From: an uncultured Verrucomicrobiae bacterium
GTDB taxonomy: Bacteria; Verrucomicrobiota; Verrucomicrobiia; Chthoniobacterales; UBA10450
NCBI GenBank assembly: GCA_963834385.1
Contig: CAWIBO010000005.1
Location: 512,001 to 576,000, forward strand
Direction of reading: 5' to 3'
Length of the DNA stretch: 64,000 bases
Each line of letters begins with the position of its first letter. Position 1 is the stretch's first letter. A program made the translations under genes and the position numbers. Positions 21,245 through 31,300 of the stretch are shown here, in pieces. The notes under the pieces were generated by a model. The model saw nothing but the letters and a program-made list of their open reading frames with translations, made no database searches and was not told the origin of the DNA.

Positions 21245-21667
21245 TCACCCCCCTTCATCAGAAACAACCCCGTCTTCCAACGACCAGCCCACCTCCACCG
21301 TCACAGTGACTGCCTCCCCACCATCTCCCCCCGTGAACACAATAGAAAACGGCTGGCCCTTCCCCTGATAGTTTATGACGTCAATCAGGAAGTGACCATC
21401 GGTCGACCATAACCGCGCCAGTTTCTTTGGCGGGATCGCCACCTTCGTTCGCCCCACCAGGATGAGCGCCTCGACGATTCGAAACACCTTTTCCTCCTTT
21501 TCGAGGGCAACCCGATACCGTATCCGAGGCGCTGCTCCGCCGGCGCTCCGCGCAAGAAACTCCCTCGCCCCGACGCGCGTGATCTCCAATTCCTGCAATC
21601 CCGTCTCACCCCCGGCCACACCGGCGACCACGAACGACAGAACAAGATAACGGAGCAGCCCATGCAT
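21245..21667 (-). CDS. Exported hypothetical protein (family A, immunity-like)
   Basis: Signal peptide; paralog of 27340-27660 (RLWSTDG...FSIVFTGGDGGE). Confidence 0.7.
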   Translation of the reverse strand: MHGLLRYLVLSFVVAGVAGGETGLQELEITRVGAREFLARSAGGAAPRIRYRVALEKEEKVFRIVEALILVGRTKVAIPPKKLARLWSTDGHFLIDVINYQGKGQPFSIVFTGGDGGEAVTVTVEVGWSLEDGVVSDEGG

Positions 21668-21695
21668 TACTGATTAAACCTCGCCTTTCTCATAT

Positions 21696-22103
21696 TCACG
21701 GATCTCGCAGGATCACCACCGCCACGATCGCTTCCTCGCGTGTCAGCTCCCGCCCGGCAAGAACAAATCGGGCCAGCCATTGCGCAAAGGTTGTTTGCTC
21801 GCCGCTTTCCGCTATTCGCGCCGCCGCGAGCGCACGCGCTTCCCGCACCAGAACGTCAAGTGAACGCCTTTGCTCCCGTCGAAGCTTCGACGCGAGATTC
21901 AAGTGTTCGTTATACGCAGCTCCTGCGTCGCTTAAATTTCTCGCGACCACGGCCGGCTCCCGAATGCCGAGGGAATCCTGGTAGGACTGATGCAGATGCG
22001 AGAAGCAGGCGCTGATGGAAACGTGATCCTCTTCCACGAATTCGTGGACGCACCCGCCGTGCAGGACCATCAGAAGAATCAGAATTGTCCGCTTCATTTG
22101 CAC
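21696..22103 (-). CDS. Hypothetical lipoprotein
   Basis: MKRTILILLMVLHGGC lipobox-like N-terminus. Confidence 0.55.
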   Translation of the reverse strand: MQMKRTILILLMVLHGGCVHEFVEEDHVSISACFSHLHQSYQDSLGIREPAVVARNLSDAGAAYNEHLNLASKLRREQRRSLDVLVREARALAAARIAESGEQTTFAQWLARFVLAGRELTREEAIVAVVILRDP

Positions 22104-22136
22104 TGTATCGTTTCTCTTGGCCCCCTTCCCTCCCCT

Positions 22137-22329
22137 CCTACTCGTAATCCTAATCGTGCTCGTAATCGCGTCCCCTCTCCACCCACTTAAAGCTTAATCA
22201 CTTAACACTTTAAACTTCCGCAAAGTCATCCTGAGCGCAGCGAAGGACCCCCCAAACCACCGAAAAGACTCTGCCACCGGACAGCCCCCCCCCACTTAAA
22301 GCTTAATCACTTAACACTTAAAACTTCTC
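22137..22329. repeat. Composite simple-repeat spacer, copy 3
   Basis: CTCGTA/ATCGTG module, CACTTAA tract, gtcatcctgagcgcagcgaaggacccc, second CACTTAA tract. Confidence 0.88.
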
Positions 22330-22379
22330 CTAAAAGTTGTCGGAGAAGTTGCCGCAGGGCAGGCCAATAAACATTCGAA

Positions 22380-22724
22380 TCAACGCCTTTGTTGAAGGAG
22401 CTCTTTGTAATGCTTCGCTCTCAATTCGGTGAGCGTTGCCAAATGCTGCAAGTAATCCAGGCCGTAGGCGCTTCCGCCTTCCGACTGAAGGCTGGCGATG
22501 GCAGCCGCCTCTGCTTCGGCGAACGTTTCCCACCGTTTTTGCGCGGTCTTCAAGTTCTCAACGGCAACCTGATCGGTCGTTGCTTTGAGAAGAAGTTCAA
22601 AGTTCGTTTTCAATTCCATCTGTTGCCGCCGCAACTCTTCCTTGGCACGATCTTTAACATCTTCGTGCGGGATAATTCCCGTTGCGAGCAGACACAGGCT
22701 AACGATCAATTGAACGCGCATCAT
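22380..22724 (-). CDS. LprI/DUF1311-like lysozyme-inhibitor family protein (family C)
   Basis: Signal-like N-terminus; LKTAQKRW...AEAE...GGS...L..LT..R pattern. Confidence 0.6.
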   Translation of the reverse strand: MMRVQLIVSLCLLATGIIPHEDVKDRAKEELRRQQMELKTNFELLLKATTDQVAVENLKTAQKRWETFAEAEAAAIASLQSEGGSAYGLDYLQHLATLTELRAKHYKELLQQRR

Positions 22725-22725
22725 C

Positions 22726-23227
22726 CTACGGATCCCACGTCCCCGCCTTCGTCCGTGCCTCGACCAACATCGACAAACGACAATAAGTGGACTGCCGCAC
22801 CCCATCCTTCCTCAACCGTTCAACCATCCTGGCCACCTGCGGCTCTGCCCTCCCGCGCTCCACCAACCACCAGGTCAACCCGTTCTTTCGCGCCGCCCTC
22901 TCCAGATGCTGAATGATCCCCTTGGGAGTCGACCCGCTCTGCCAATTTAGAAATCTCCTCCTCGAGAGCACCCGCCAACAAGAAATACTGCCCTGGCATC
23001 CCAGCGGGTTCGTCATCCCGCGGAAAAAGGCCGAGCCGCATCGCCTCATCCACCGTCGCGTCGTCAAGCGTCTTCGGCGGATAAAAGTCTTCACGGTTGA
23101 ACAGCACCTCGTAAAGAAGGCTTACCTGCTCCTTCGGCCCCGCCGCCCGTTCTTCCCCGCTCGCAGCAGTCACCCCCACCACAGCCCACAGAATGACCGA
23201 CAGACCCACACGGACCGACGACTTCAT
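22726..23227 (-). CDS. Exported hypothetical protein (family D, copy 2; frameshift near 22915)
   Basis: Signal peptide; shares LDDATVDEAMRLGLFPRDDEP and GLTWWLVERGR...TKAGTWDP with 23383-23901. Confidence 0.7.
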
Positions 23228-23382
23228 GCCAAAGGAGAATAGCCGGTGGCGCACCGCGCTCCAATCACCATCTTAGAAGACCGTCATCGAGGCCGAGATG
23301 GGGCGACAGACCAGCATCAGAGAGACGGCGAGTCCCAGTCCGGCAAGGTATAGCCTAAGTGTTCCAACGCGCCCATCACATC

Positions 23383-23901
23383 CTACGGATCCCAGGTCCC
23401 TGCTTTCGTTCTCTTCTCCACGAGATAGGAGAGCCGGCAGTACGTGGACTGCTTTGCCCCATTCTTTCTCAAGCTCTGCACGATTCTATCGACCGCCGGA
23501 TCCTTCCGCCCGCGTTCAACCAGCCACCATGTCAGACCCTTCTGATGCGCCACCGTCTCCAGTTGTCGGATTACCGCCCGCGAGTCGAGCCGCTCTGCCA
23601 ATCTCGAAATTTCCTCATCGAGAGCGGCCGCCAACATTTCATACTGTCCCGGCAGCCCCGGGGGTTCGTCATCCCGCGGGAAAAGGCCCAACCGCATCGC
23701 CTCGTCCACCGTCGCGTCGTCAAGCGAGGCGGGAAATGGAAAGTCTTCACGTGCGAACAGCACTCCATAGATCTGTCTCAGTTGACCATCGACGCTTCGA
23801 GCTCGCTCGAGTGCCAGGGAAGCATCCGGACAGGCAACAGCTGCCAGGCCCAGATAAACGCCGGTCATCACAGCTCGGGTTGTGCGTCGAAATGTCAGCA
23901 T
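23383..23901 (-). CDS. Exported hypothetical protein (family D, copy 1)
   Basis: Hydrophobic N-terminus; tandem paralog of the adjacent gene. Confidence 0.7.
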   Translation of the reverse strand: MLTFRRTTRAVMTGVYLGLAAVACPDASLALERARSVDGQLRQIYGVLFAREDFPFPASLDDATVDEAMRLGLFPRDDEPPGLPGQYEMLAAALDEEISRLAERLDSRAVIRQLETVAHQKGLTWWLVERGRKDPAVDRIVQSLRKNGAKQSTYCRLSYLVEKRTKAGTWDP

Positions 23902-24059
23902 GCCTAAAGACCGGTTGTGGAGTTGGAACCCCGACACCATCTCCTCCCTTAGAATCAATTCTTCTTCGGAGCTAACAAGACCAAACTGCCCGGCCATTCG
24001 GGCAGCACTCCCTATGGACGCGATTCCGCATCGGAAATGCCTGCAGGGCGACTCAGACG

Positions 24060-24704
24060 CTACTTCTTGTTCGACGACCGGTTCTCCAAATACCACTTAA
24101 GCGCATTTGTTCTCAGGCGCGCCGCCAGGACTTCTTTTTCGAGCATCCTTTCATCCACTCCCGCCGCACGTTCCCAGAAAAAACCGGCCAGCGTAGCCCC
24201 ATATTCCCTCCTCAACCGCGCGAGATCTTCGAGGGCCTGCTCGCGCGATTGCAATCCCCCCTGGGGCGTCTGTCTCAAGACATGGATCAACGCGTAAGGC
24301 ACCTTCGATGTCACCAGGCGGTATGACGCGGCACTCGCGGCGCCGTCAGGAGAAAACGAATTCAGCTTTTCCTTTGCCCGGTGCCCCTCGAAATCGTTTT
24401 CAAGCACCACCAGCTCTTGATAAAGCCAATTCTTGGTTGCGCTGTCCGACTTGAGTTTTCGGAATTCAGCGAGCAGCACAGGCTCCCATTCCTTGTCCTC
24501 AAGGGCGAACCGCGCCCGATCAGTCGGAAACGGACCCGCGCGCAACGGATACATATAACTTTGCGCCGCGTCATGATCATTATCCGAAACGAGGGGCGCT
24601 TTCAGCCAGTCTCGGAGTTTACCATCCAACTCTTGTGTGTGCGCCAGGGGGCCTGCTACCGCCCACAGGCTACAAACCAATGCAATCTCTCTTATCCGGA
24701 TCAT
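24060..24704 (-). CDS. Exported hypothetical protein
   Basis: 214-aa ORF with a signal peptide (IALVCSLWAVAGPLAHT). Confidence 0.6.
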   Translation of the reverse strand: MIRIREIALVCSLWAVAGPLAHTQELDGKLRDWLKAPLVSDNDHDAAQSYMYPLRAGPFPTDRARFALEDKEWEPVLLAEFRKLKSDSATKNWLYQELVVLENDFEGHRAKEKLNSFSPDGAASAASYRLVTSKVPYALIHVLRQTPQGGLQSREQALEDLARLRREYGATLAGFFWERAAGVDERMLEKEVLAARLRTNALKWYLENRSSNKK

Positions 24705-24781
24705 CCAAAGACTGGGAGGGCGCGAGGCTCAACAGGCAATGTCTGCGAGGAGGGGGACCTCGCTTACCCTCAAACTTAGAA

Positions 24782-25310
24782 TCACTCGCGAGGAAGTTCC
24801 ACAAAGCGTTTCCCGCGCAGTTGAAACCGCCGCGTCTTTTTGCCCGCCACGCCGGAAACGGTCATTACGCCGTCAGGAGCCAGAGAGATGATGCTGTGAG
24901 GCGCAATCTTGAAAGGAAATAGGTCCCTGGTGACGTCACGCCAGCCGGTATCCGTGAACCGGAGCCCGGAGACAGTGTAGCCGATCGGATGTTCACCGTC
25001 TTTGAAAAGGATCACCCGCTCAGTCCCGGCGACGACCAGGATGGTCTGGTTGTCGATCCGCAGGATCTGGATTGTCTGCTGCGCGCCCGAGCCCGCGATG
25101 TCCAGGAAATCATTTCTGCATTCCGCGGCGCAGTTGCTGCGAATGAAAGCCTCCCGATACTCCACCCCAATCTCCCAATAATCTTCCGCCGGCAACCTCA
25201 GGGCGAGTTGAACCAGGGACAACCGTTCGCCCGCGCAGATGGCCGTGCATCAGCAGGACCAGAGCGATGAGGATGAGCGGTGCTGCTTTTAGTCTGATTG
25301 CGCCCGTCAT
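24782..25310 (-). CDS. Exported hypothetical protein (family B; frameshift near 25240)
   Basis: Signal-like start in ORF 25110..25310 joined to ORF 24782..25222; 3' part duplicated at 27130-27320. Confidence 0.6.
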
Positions 25311-25400
25311 AAAGGTAGAAGCCGCCGACCGGATCCGCTCGGCGACTCAATTAAAACGCCGAGTTCGCACTGACTGATCCTGGACTTTTCGGCGCGCGTT

Positions 25401-25898
25401 TCAAGGAGTCACTGGTGTAAAACCGGCAATGATCCGCTCGATTTCATCGGCCTCCGACTCTGATGTTACAGTGGCAACGAAGTTGGTTGGTCCATTCGGA
25501 TAGGAAATGTAGAGCTTTTTCTGTTTGAGCTTTTTGTCCTCGGCGAAGGTGGTGATTCTCCGTGCGGGGCCAGTGCCCGAGCTTTTGGACCAAACGACCG
25601 TGTAATGACGTGACTCCAGTTCCGCCGGCTCGGCGAACACCTGCGTTGGCATCCCGAAGGCCGAGCCGCAGGAGAAACCGATTCGAAGTCCAGAATTACG
25701 ATTTACCAGCGTTCCGGTGGCCACCGGAGTATCTCGATTCCGATCAGCCTGAAGAGTGTATCCGGGCGGGAGAATGATGCTGCCACAAGCGAAGCCCATG
25801 CGCGTGGGTCCGTTGTTGGTGGTGCAACCGAAAGGCATTCCCAAAAGCAACACCATCGAACCCACCCGCCATAACCGCTTTAAATAAACAGAAAGCAT
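25401..25898 (-). CDS. Hypothetical lipoprotein
   Basis: VLLLGMPFGC lipobox-like segment. Confidence 0.6.
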   Translation of the reverse strand: MLSVYLKRLWRVGSMVLLLGMPFGCTTNNGPTRMGFACGSIILPPGYTLQADRNRDTPVATGTLVNRNSGLRIGFSCGSAFGMPTQVFAEPAELESRHYTVVWSKSSGTGPARRITTFAEDKKLKQKKLYISYPNGPTNFVATVTSESEADEIERIIAGFTPVTP

Positions 25899-25986
25899 GA
25901 CTCATCGTGCCTTCCGTCCCTCTACCGGCACATTCGGCTTGTGGTGGAGCAAAATGACGTTATATCAATGGCGCCGCCGTCGCCGT

Positions 25987-26373
25987 TCACCGTCCGGCCG
26001 CCGCCGTATAGGGGTAAGTCGCCGGTTGCCAACCAGCGTAGTCCAAAGCCGAGATCACCGCCTTTCGCGTGGCGAAGTTTTCCCTTGTTAGCAAGTTTGC
26101 AAAGCTCATGTCGCCAATCTCGTTCAACAATTGCAAAAGCGAGGTGCTGTGAACTTCGGCCATGACGCCGACATACTCGGGCCTGGTGGTGAACCGAAAT
26201 ATCCATTTGATGGCTGATGTGTCGCCGCCTCTCGAAAGATTCAATTTCTTCGAGTATGCCTTCTCCGCAGCCGCGAATGGTGCTCCCGATCTCCTTGGTG
26301 ATTCAAGGTTGGACACACATCCGGTCGTCGCGATCAGGACCAGTGAATAGAGTAAGCCGCGTGTGAACCTCAT
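25987..26373 (-). CDS. Hypothetical lipoprotein
   Basis: MRFTRGLLYSLVLIATTGC lipobox. Confidence 0.65.
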   Translation of the reverse strand: MRFTRGLLYSLVLIATTGCVSNLESPRRSGAPFAAAEKAYSKKLNLSRGGDTSAIKWIFRFTTRPEYVGVMAEVHSTSLLQLLNEIGDMSFANLLTRENFATRKAVISALDYAGWQPATYPYTAAAGR

Positions 26374-26416
26374 TGGCGCTTTGCCACCCTGGCACAGAGG
26401 GCGGCCAAATGGTTTT

Positions 26417-26750
26417 TCATGACTGGAGCAGATCCTTGTAATGCTTCGCCCTAGCTTTGGTCAGAATCGCCAGGTGCCGCAGGTAATCAAGCCCCATAGG
26501 CGCTCCCCCTTCCGATTGAAGGCTGGCGAAAGCAGCCGCCTCTGCTTCGGCGAAGGTTTCCCACCGTTTTTGCGCGGTTTTCAAATTCTCAACGGCAACC
26601 TCGTCGATCGATGCTTTGAGAAGAAGTTCAAAGTCCGTTTCCACTTCGATCTGCTGCCGCTGTAACTCTCCCGGCAGGATCTTTTACAGTTTCGTGCGGG
26701 ATAATTCCCGTTGCGAGCATGTACAGGCTAACGATCAATTGAACGCAGAT
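26417..26750 (-). pseudogene. Second LprI/DUF1311-like copy with disrupted 5' end
   Basis: Clear nucleotide similarity to 22380-22724 (AVENLKTAQKRWETFAEAEAAA identical). Confidence 0.7.
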
Positions 26751-27129
26751 CTCCTACCGATTCCAATTCATCGGTTTCGGGTCTGGATTGGAAAGAAGTC
26801 GCACATGTTCGTGCCCTTCACGCCTCGATCTCGAAATATAGCCCGGCGTCTCCTCTTGTAGGAATCTCTGCCTCCGCCAGCCCCCACCGAGGCTTCGACA
26901 AGTTCAGTTTTCCATCGAAGGCTGAATGTAATCGTGGGTGAGGTAGAAACCTTCTACACCCAAGACTGGAGGTTGGCGCGAGCAAATCGCGGATGATCTG
27001 AACAGCTGTAGCCGGTCGAAAACCTAAGACGCACCTCGTCGGACGCCCCACTGCGCACATCGTCGAGCGGATCTTTGTTGAGATCTGACTTCGGCGAGAA
27101 GGGGCCATCCGTACGCATGCGATTCTAAC

Positions 27130-27320
27130 TAGTCGCGACGAAGTTCCACAAAGCGTTTTTCGCGTAGTTGAAACGGCCGCGTCTTTTGGCCCGCCTCATC
27201 GGTCGGTCATTACGCCGTCAGGAGCCAGAGAAACCATGCTGTGAGGCGCATTCTTGAAAGCAAACAGGTCCTTGGTGACATCCCGCCAGCCGGTCTCCGC
27301 AAACCGGAGCCCGAAGACCG
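27130..27320 (-). pseudogene. 3' fragment of a family B gene
   Basis: Aligns by eye with 24785-24975 (ggtcattacgccgtcaggagccagaga shared). Confidence 0.75.
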
Positions 27321-27339
27321 CTCACCGCACGTAAAAACC

Positions 27340-27660
27340 AAATCAGGTGACCAGTCATCTCGCCATCACTGTTACTGTCTTCCCCGCCATCACCTCCCGT
27401 GAACACGATTGAAAAGGGCTTACCGCGGCCCCTATAATCAATGATGTCGACCACCAAATAACCGTCCGTCGACCATAACCGTGAAGGCTTGCTTATCGGG
27501 ATCTGTAAAATCTTTCTCTCGATCAGGACCACCGCTTCTACAAGACGGTAGACGTCCTCCTTCTTGTCAGGCGCGATCCAATACTGAACCTCAGGAACCC
27601 TGTTGCTGTTCACTCGCGGCATCAAACTCCGTCTTACCAATTCGTTTCACAGGCAGTGGT
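27340..27660 (-). pseudogene. Degenerate family A gene directly after the Rhs tip
   Basis: YRLVEAVVLI...RLWSTDGYLVVDIIDYRGRGKPFSIVFTGGDGGE matches 21245-21667. Confidence 0.7.
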
Positions 27661-27666
27661 TGGAGG

Positions 27667-28330
27667 TTAACTTCCCTTCCAGTGACGCACGCTGCGGCCA
27701 TTAGGGGAACAAGAATCAAATAGTGCTTTAAATCGTTCATCTGCTATTAGCGCCTTCCAGCTCGCCAAGAACTGCGAAAAGTCGACTTTACACCAACCCT
27801 CGAAGGCCTTCGCAACATTGCCCGCGGCGGAACCGCTCCGGATTCCCCGTTTCGCGACAACAAATCTCCTCAATCGTGACCGTTGTTCCTCCCTTCCGCA
27901 TTCCTTTGCATGAGGTCTACAGTCTTTCAGACTACGCTTAGAAAGCGTTAAACATCCGTCTGACCATCCACAGCCATGGGCGAAAACGTGGCTCCTGTCC
28001 GTCTGCCCGAAGATTTTGTCTCCTCGCTGTATATGTCCCCGAATGTTGTAGGCGTCTTGCAATGCGCGGGGGCTATTCAATGAAGGAGTGCCCGGGGGGT
28101 AGCTACTGGATGCATGAGACGTCGGAAGGACATGATAGAAGCCGGGCGGGTAACAGGGCTAGGTGTCCATAGGGATCTTCACTGCGGTGCCGCGGAAAGT
28201 TGTAGGATTGATTTATTTCTTGTGAAGAAAAGGACCCGTCTCGATTAAAAACTGATGTTGCCCCTAGCTGATCCTAAGTCTCGAAGTGGATCGTTACTCC
28301 GGAAATCGAAGAATTCTCCGGAATCATCAG
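27667..28330 (-). pseudogene. Disrupted Rhs C-terminal toxin region, Tlde1/DUF2778-like
   Basis: Open frame 28158-27667 reads PPGFYHV...RSHVFAHGCGWSDGCLTL; stops and frameshifts upstream. Confidence 0.5.
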
Positions 28331-31300
28331 CTGCTACGCAAGAAAGCGCGCTTTTGGGATCCTCTTTGCATCATACCCAATGTTGCGAGCTGTAGTCCCA
28401 GCTTGTCCCGCCGATTGATCGGGTCGTTATGGACCATCCCGTAAATGTTTAGCCCCCCAATTTCCTCTATCGGGTCGCGACTGAGCCAACATCCCAACTC
28501 GGGATCATAAAAACGAAATCCGAAGTAGAATTTGTCGATCTGACCTTCGTGCCGCTCGTTAGAGAACGCCAACGAAAAAGCCATAGGTCCCGACACCACT
28601 GCTACAACTGAATCACCGAACGGCGCGTAGCTGCCGGAAACCGCTCATTCCAGCTTGTGAGCTTTCGACTACCGCAGTGACATTACCACTGCGGTCAGCA
28701 ATAGGCATGGAGTTGCCGGAGCCGATAACAGTGACGACCCGTTGGCATTGTTTTCGGAGGTTATCTCACTTTCGTGGACGATCTTCCTACAATAGACGTG
28801 GATAGCATACTGTAGGCTTTGTGTTCTACGAGAACTTGCCAACCGTCATAAATAAAGAAAACCGGTTCGGCGGCGTCGTTCATGATCTTGCGGCCGTGCG
28901 CATCGAAGAGAAACGAGACGCAGTCTCTGCTTACTCTCTGATTTGCACTCTTTAATCTATTTTCCCCATCCCATTCGTAGGTCCACCGCCCGTCCTGGAT
29001 TAGGTTGCCGTCGAGGTCGTAGGCGAAGGTTTCGGTGGCGGGTGGGAGGAAGATCTGGCCGTTGGTGGTGGTGACGGCGTCTTCGCCGGACGGGCCGGCG
29101 TTGTTCTTTACCGCGACGATTTCGACCGGGTGAAAGGCACCGCCGGCTGAGTTGTCTGCCTCGACCTGCGCGTGAAAGTAATCGCCTTTTCGCGTCGCCG
29201 GGTTCCCATTCACCGTGACGGTCGCGTCCGGCGCTGCGGTGCCCGTAATGTCGAGCACGCCCGGGACTGTCCGGCTCACATATTGATTCAGGCTATTGGC
29301 GGTGTAGTTGGCGGTCCGCCCATTCGTGATGGTCCGGGTTCGGTTGCCGATGTTGTCGTATTCGTAGGTGAACTGCGCGCCGCCGACCGGCGTGCCATCA
29401 GGCCAATGTTTGTTGCCGACAGTCAACTGCCCCAGCGGGTCGTACTGATACAGCCAGTGGCTGCCGTCGGCGAGATCAGCCCGGGTGCGCTGATCCAGAC
29501 TGTTATACTGATAGGAGTGCGAACTGAGCACTTCGCCGGTCGGCCTGCTCGACGCGATCATGGTCAGCCGGTTAAGCCGGTCGTAGGTTTTAGTCGTCTG
29601 CATCGTGGTCGTGCCGGCGTTCTGGAAGACGGTCGACGCCACCAGGTCCGAGTGCGGATGGTAGGTGTAATCCGCCGACACCGTACCGTTCCCGACGGAA
29701 ATCAGGCGTGAGGCAGAGTCGTAGGAATACGTGTGCTCGAGCAGAAGCTCGCCGTGACGATAAGCCTTGAGCTTGTTCCGCCGCTGTTGCGCGTCGTACT
29801 CGTTGGCGAGCATTACGCCGTCGAGGATTCCACCGGTGATGGTCTCGGAAGTAATCTGATCAAAGGAATTGAAGGCAAATACGTGGTCGCCCGCAGCGTC
29901 GCTCACCCCGATAACCCGTCCACGGCGGTCCAGGTCGAAGGTGACATCCGGGGTCGCGTCCGAGTAATCAATGCCGACCAGTTCGCCGGCCGTGTCGTAG
30001 GAATATTCGGTGACGACCCCGCGTGCCCACGTCCGGGTCCGGACACGGCCCGCCGACGAGTAAGTGTAAGAAGGGCCATGACCATCGTCGTAGACCTTGC
30101 TCGTGAGCCAGCCCCGCTGCGGATCGTAGTTCCACGTCGTAACGCCCGTGCCGGCAGCGAGGGTCTTTAATCGGCCTTGCGCGTCATAGGTGTAGTCGAC
30201 GGGATAAACCTGCGCTCCATGCCGCTTCTTAAGATGACCCGTGGGATAATATTCGCTGAATGTCGCGGACCCATCCGGCAGCGTTGTCTCGATGACCCGA
30301 TTCTGCGCATCGTAGCGGAACAATGTGACCTGCGGCGGGGCGGCGTCCTCGGCCGCGGGAGCGGTGATGCTGATCACCTGATCCGCCTCATCGTAAATGT
30401 AGGAGGTGGCGCCGTTGCGCGCGTCCATCTCCTCGATCATGCGTCCATGCGCATCGTAGGCGAACGCTTTGCGGAGAAGCTCTGTGCCCGCAGCATCATG
30501 ACGCGAGATCTCCTGCAGTCTCCCCTGCTCAAACCTGCGCAGGCTATACGATCCGTCCGGATTGGTCGTTTTATCCGTCCGAACCGTTCCGGGACCACGC
30601 GTGGTGAGGTGGTGCGTGACCAACCCCTGCCGGTCCGACCTGCGCTCTGTCGCCGCGGCATTAGTCTCTTCAGTCAGGAAAGTGAGTGGTCCGGAAGGAT
30701 TCCAAACGTCATAGACAGTCCGGCTGACGACATTTGCGGCGACGTTCGCCGCTGAGTCGGTCACGCGCGAGATTCTGTCCTCGGCCAGATCGATGACACC
30801 GTTCTGATTCAGGTCGAGCGCGCGCAACTCCACCTCGCCTTCGTCGTTATAGGAAAACAGCTGGGTGACGCCGTCCGGATCGACTTCCCGCACAAGCTGG
30901 CTCTTCGCGTTGAAAAAGCGCAGCGTGGCCGCCCCGTCCGGGTAGACCATCTTGTATTCGCGCCCGAGGAAATCGGTGTAGGTCGCCATCCATTCGGTCT
31001 CTTCCCCGGCCGAGCCGAGGTAGATCTCGCGGGCGAAAAACTCTCCTCCCTCGATTCCGTATTCCCATTTCCTCGGGAGAACACCGGTGCCGGTGAGCAC
31101 CAGAGGCGCACCATCCTTCGCGAAGGTCTCCAGCTTGTCGCCGCCATCGGGAATGCTCGTCAGCACAGTGGGATGCCCGGCGGCATCGAATCCGTAGCTC
31201 ATGCTGGTCAGACCCCGCGGACTCGTCGAGCTGATCATCCGTCCGGCGAGGTCGTAGGCGCTCTCTTCCAGCAGCATGATCGTGCCGTCGCTGCCCTGCC

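Noticed and set aside
19962..22329. Repeats as a CRISPR array
   Set aside because: No constant 25-45 bp repeat with regular unique spacers, the units are separated by whole genes, and no cas genes are present.
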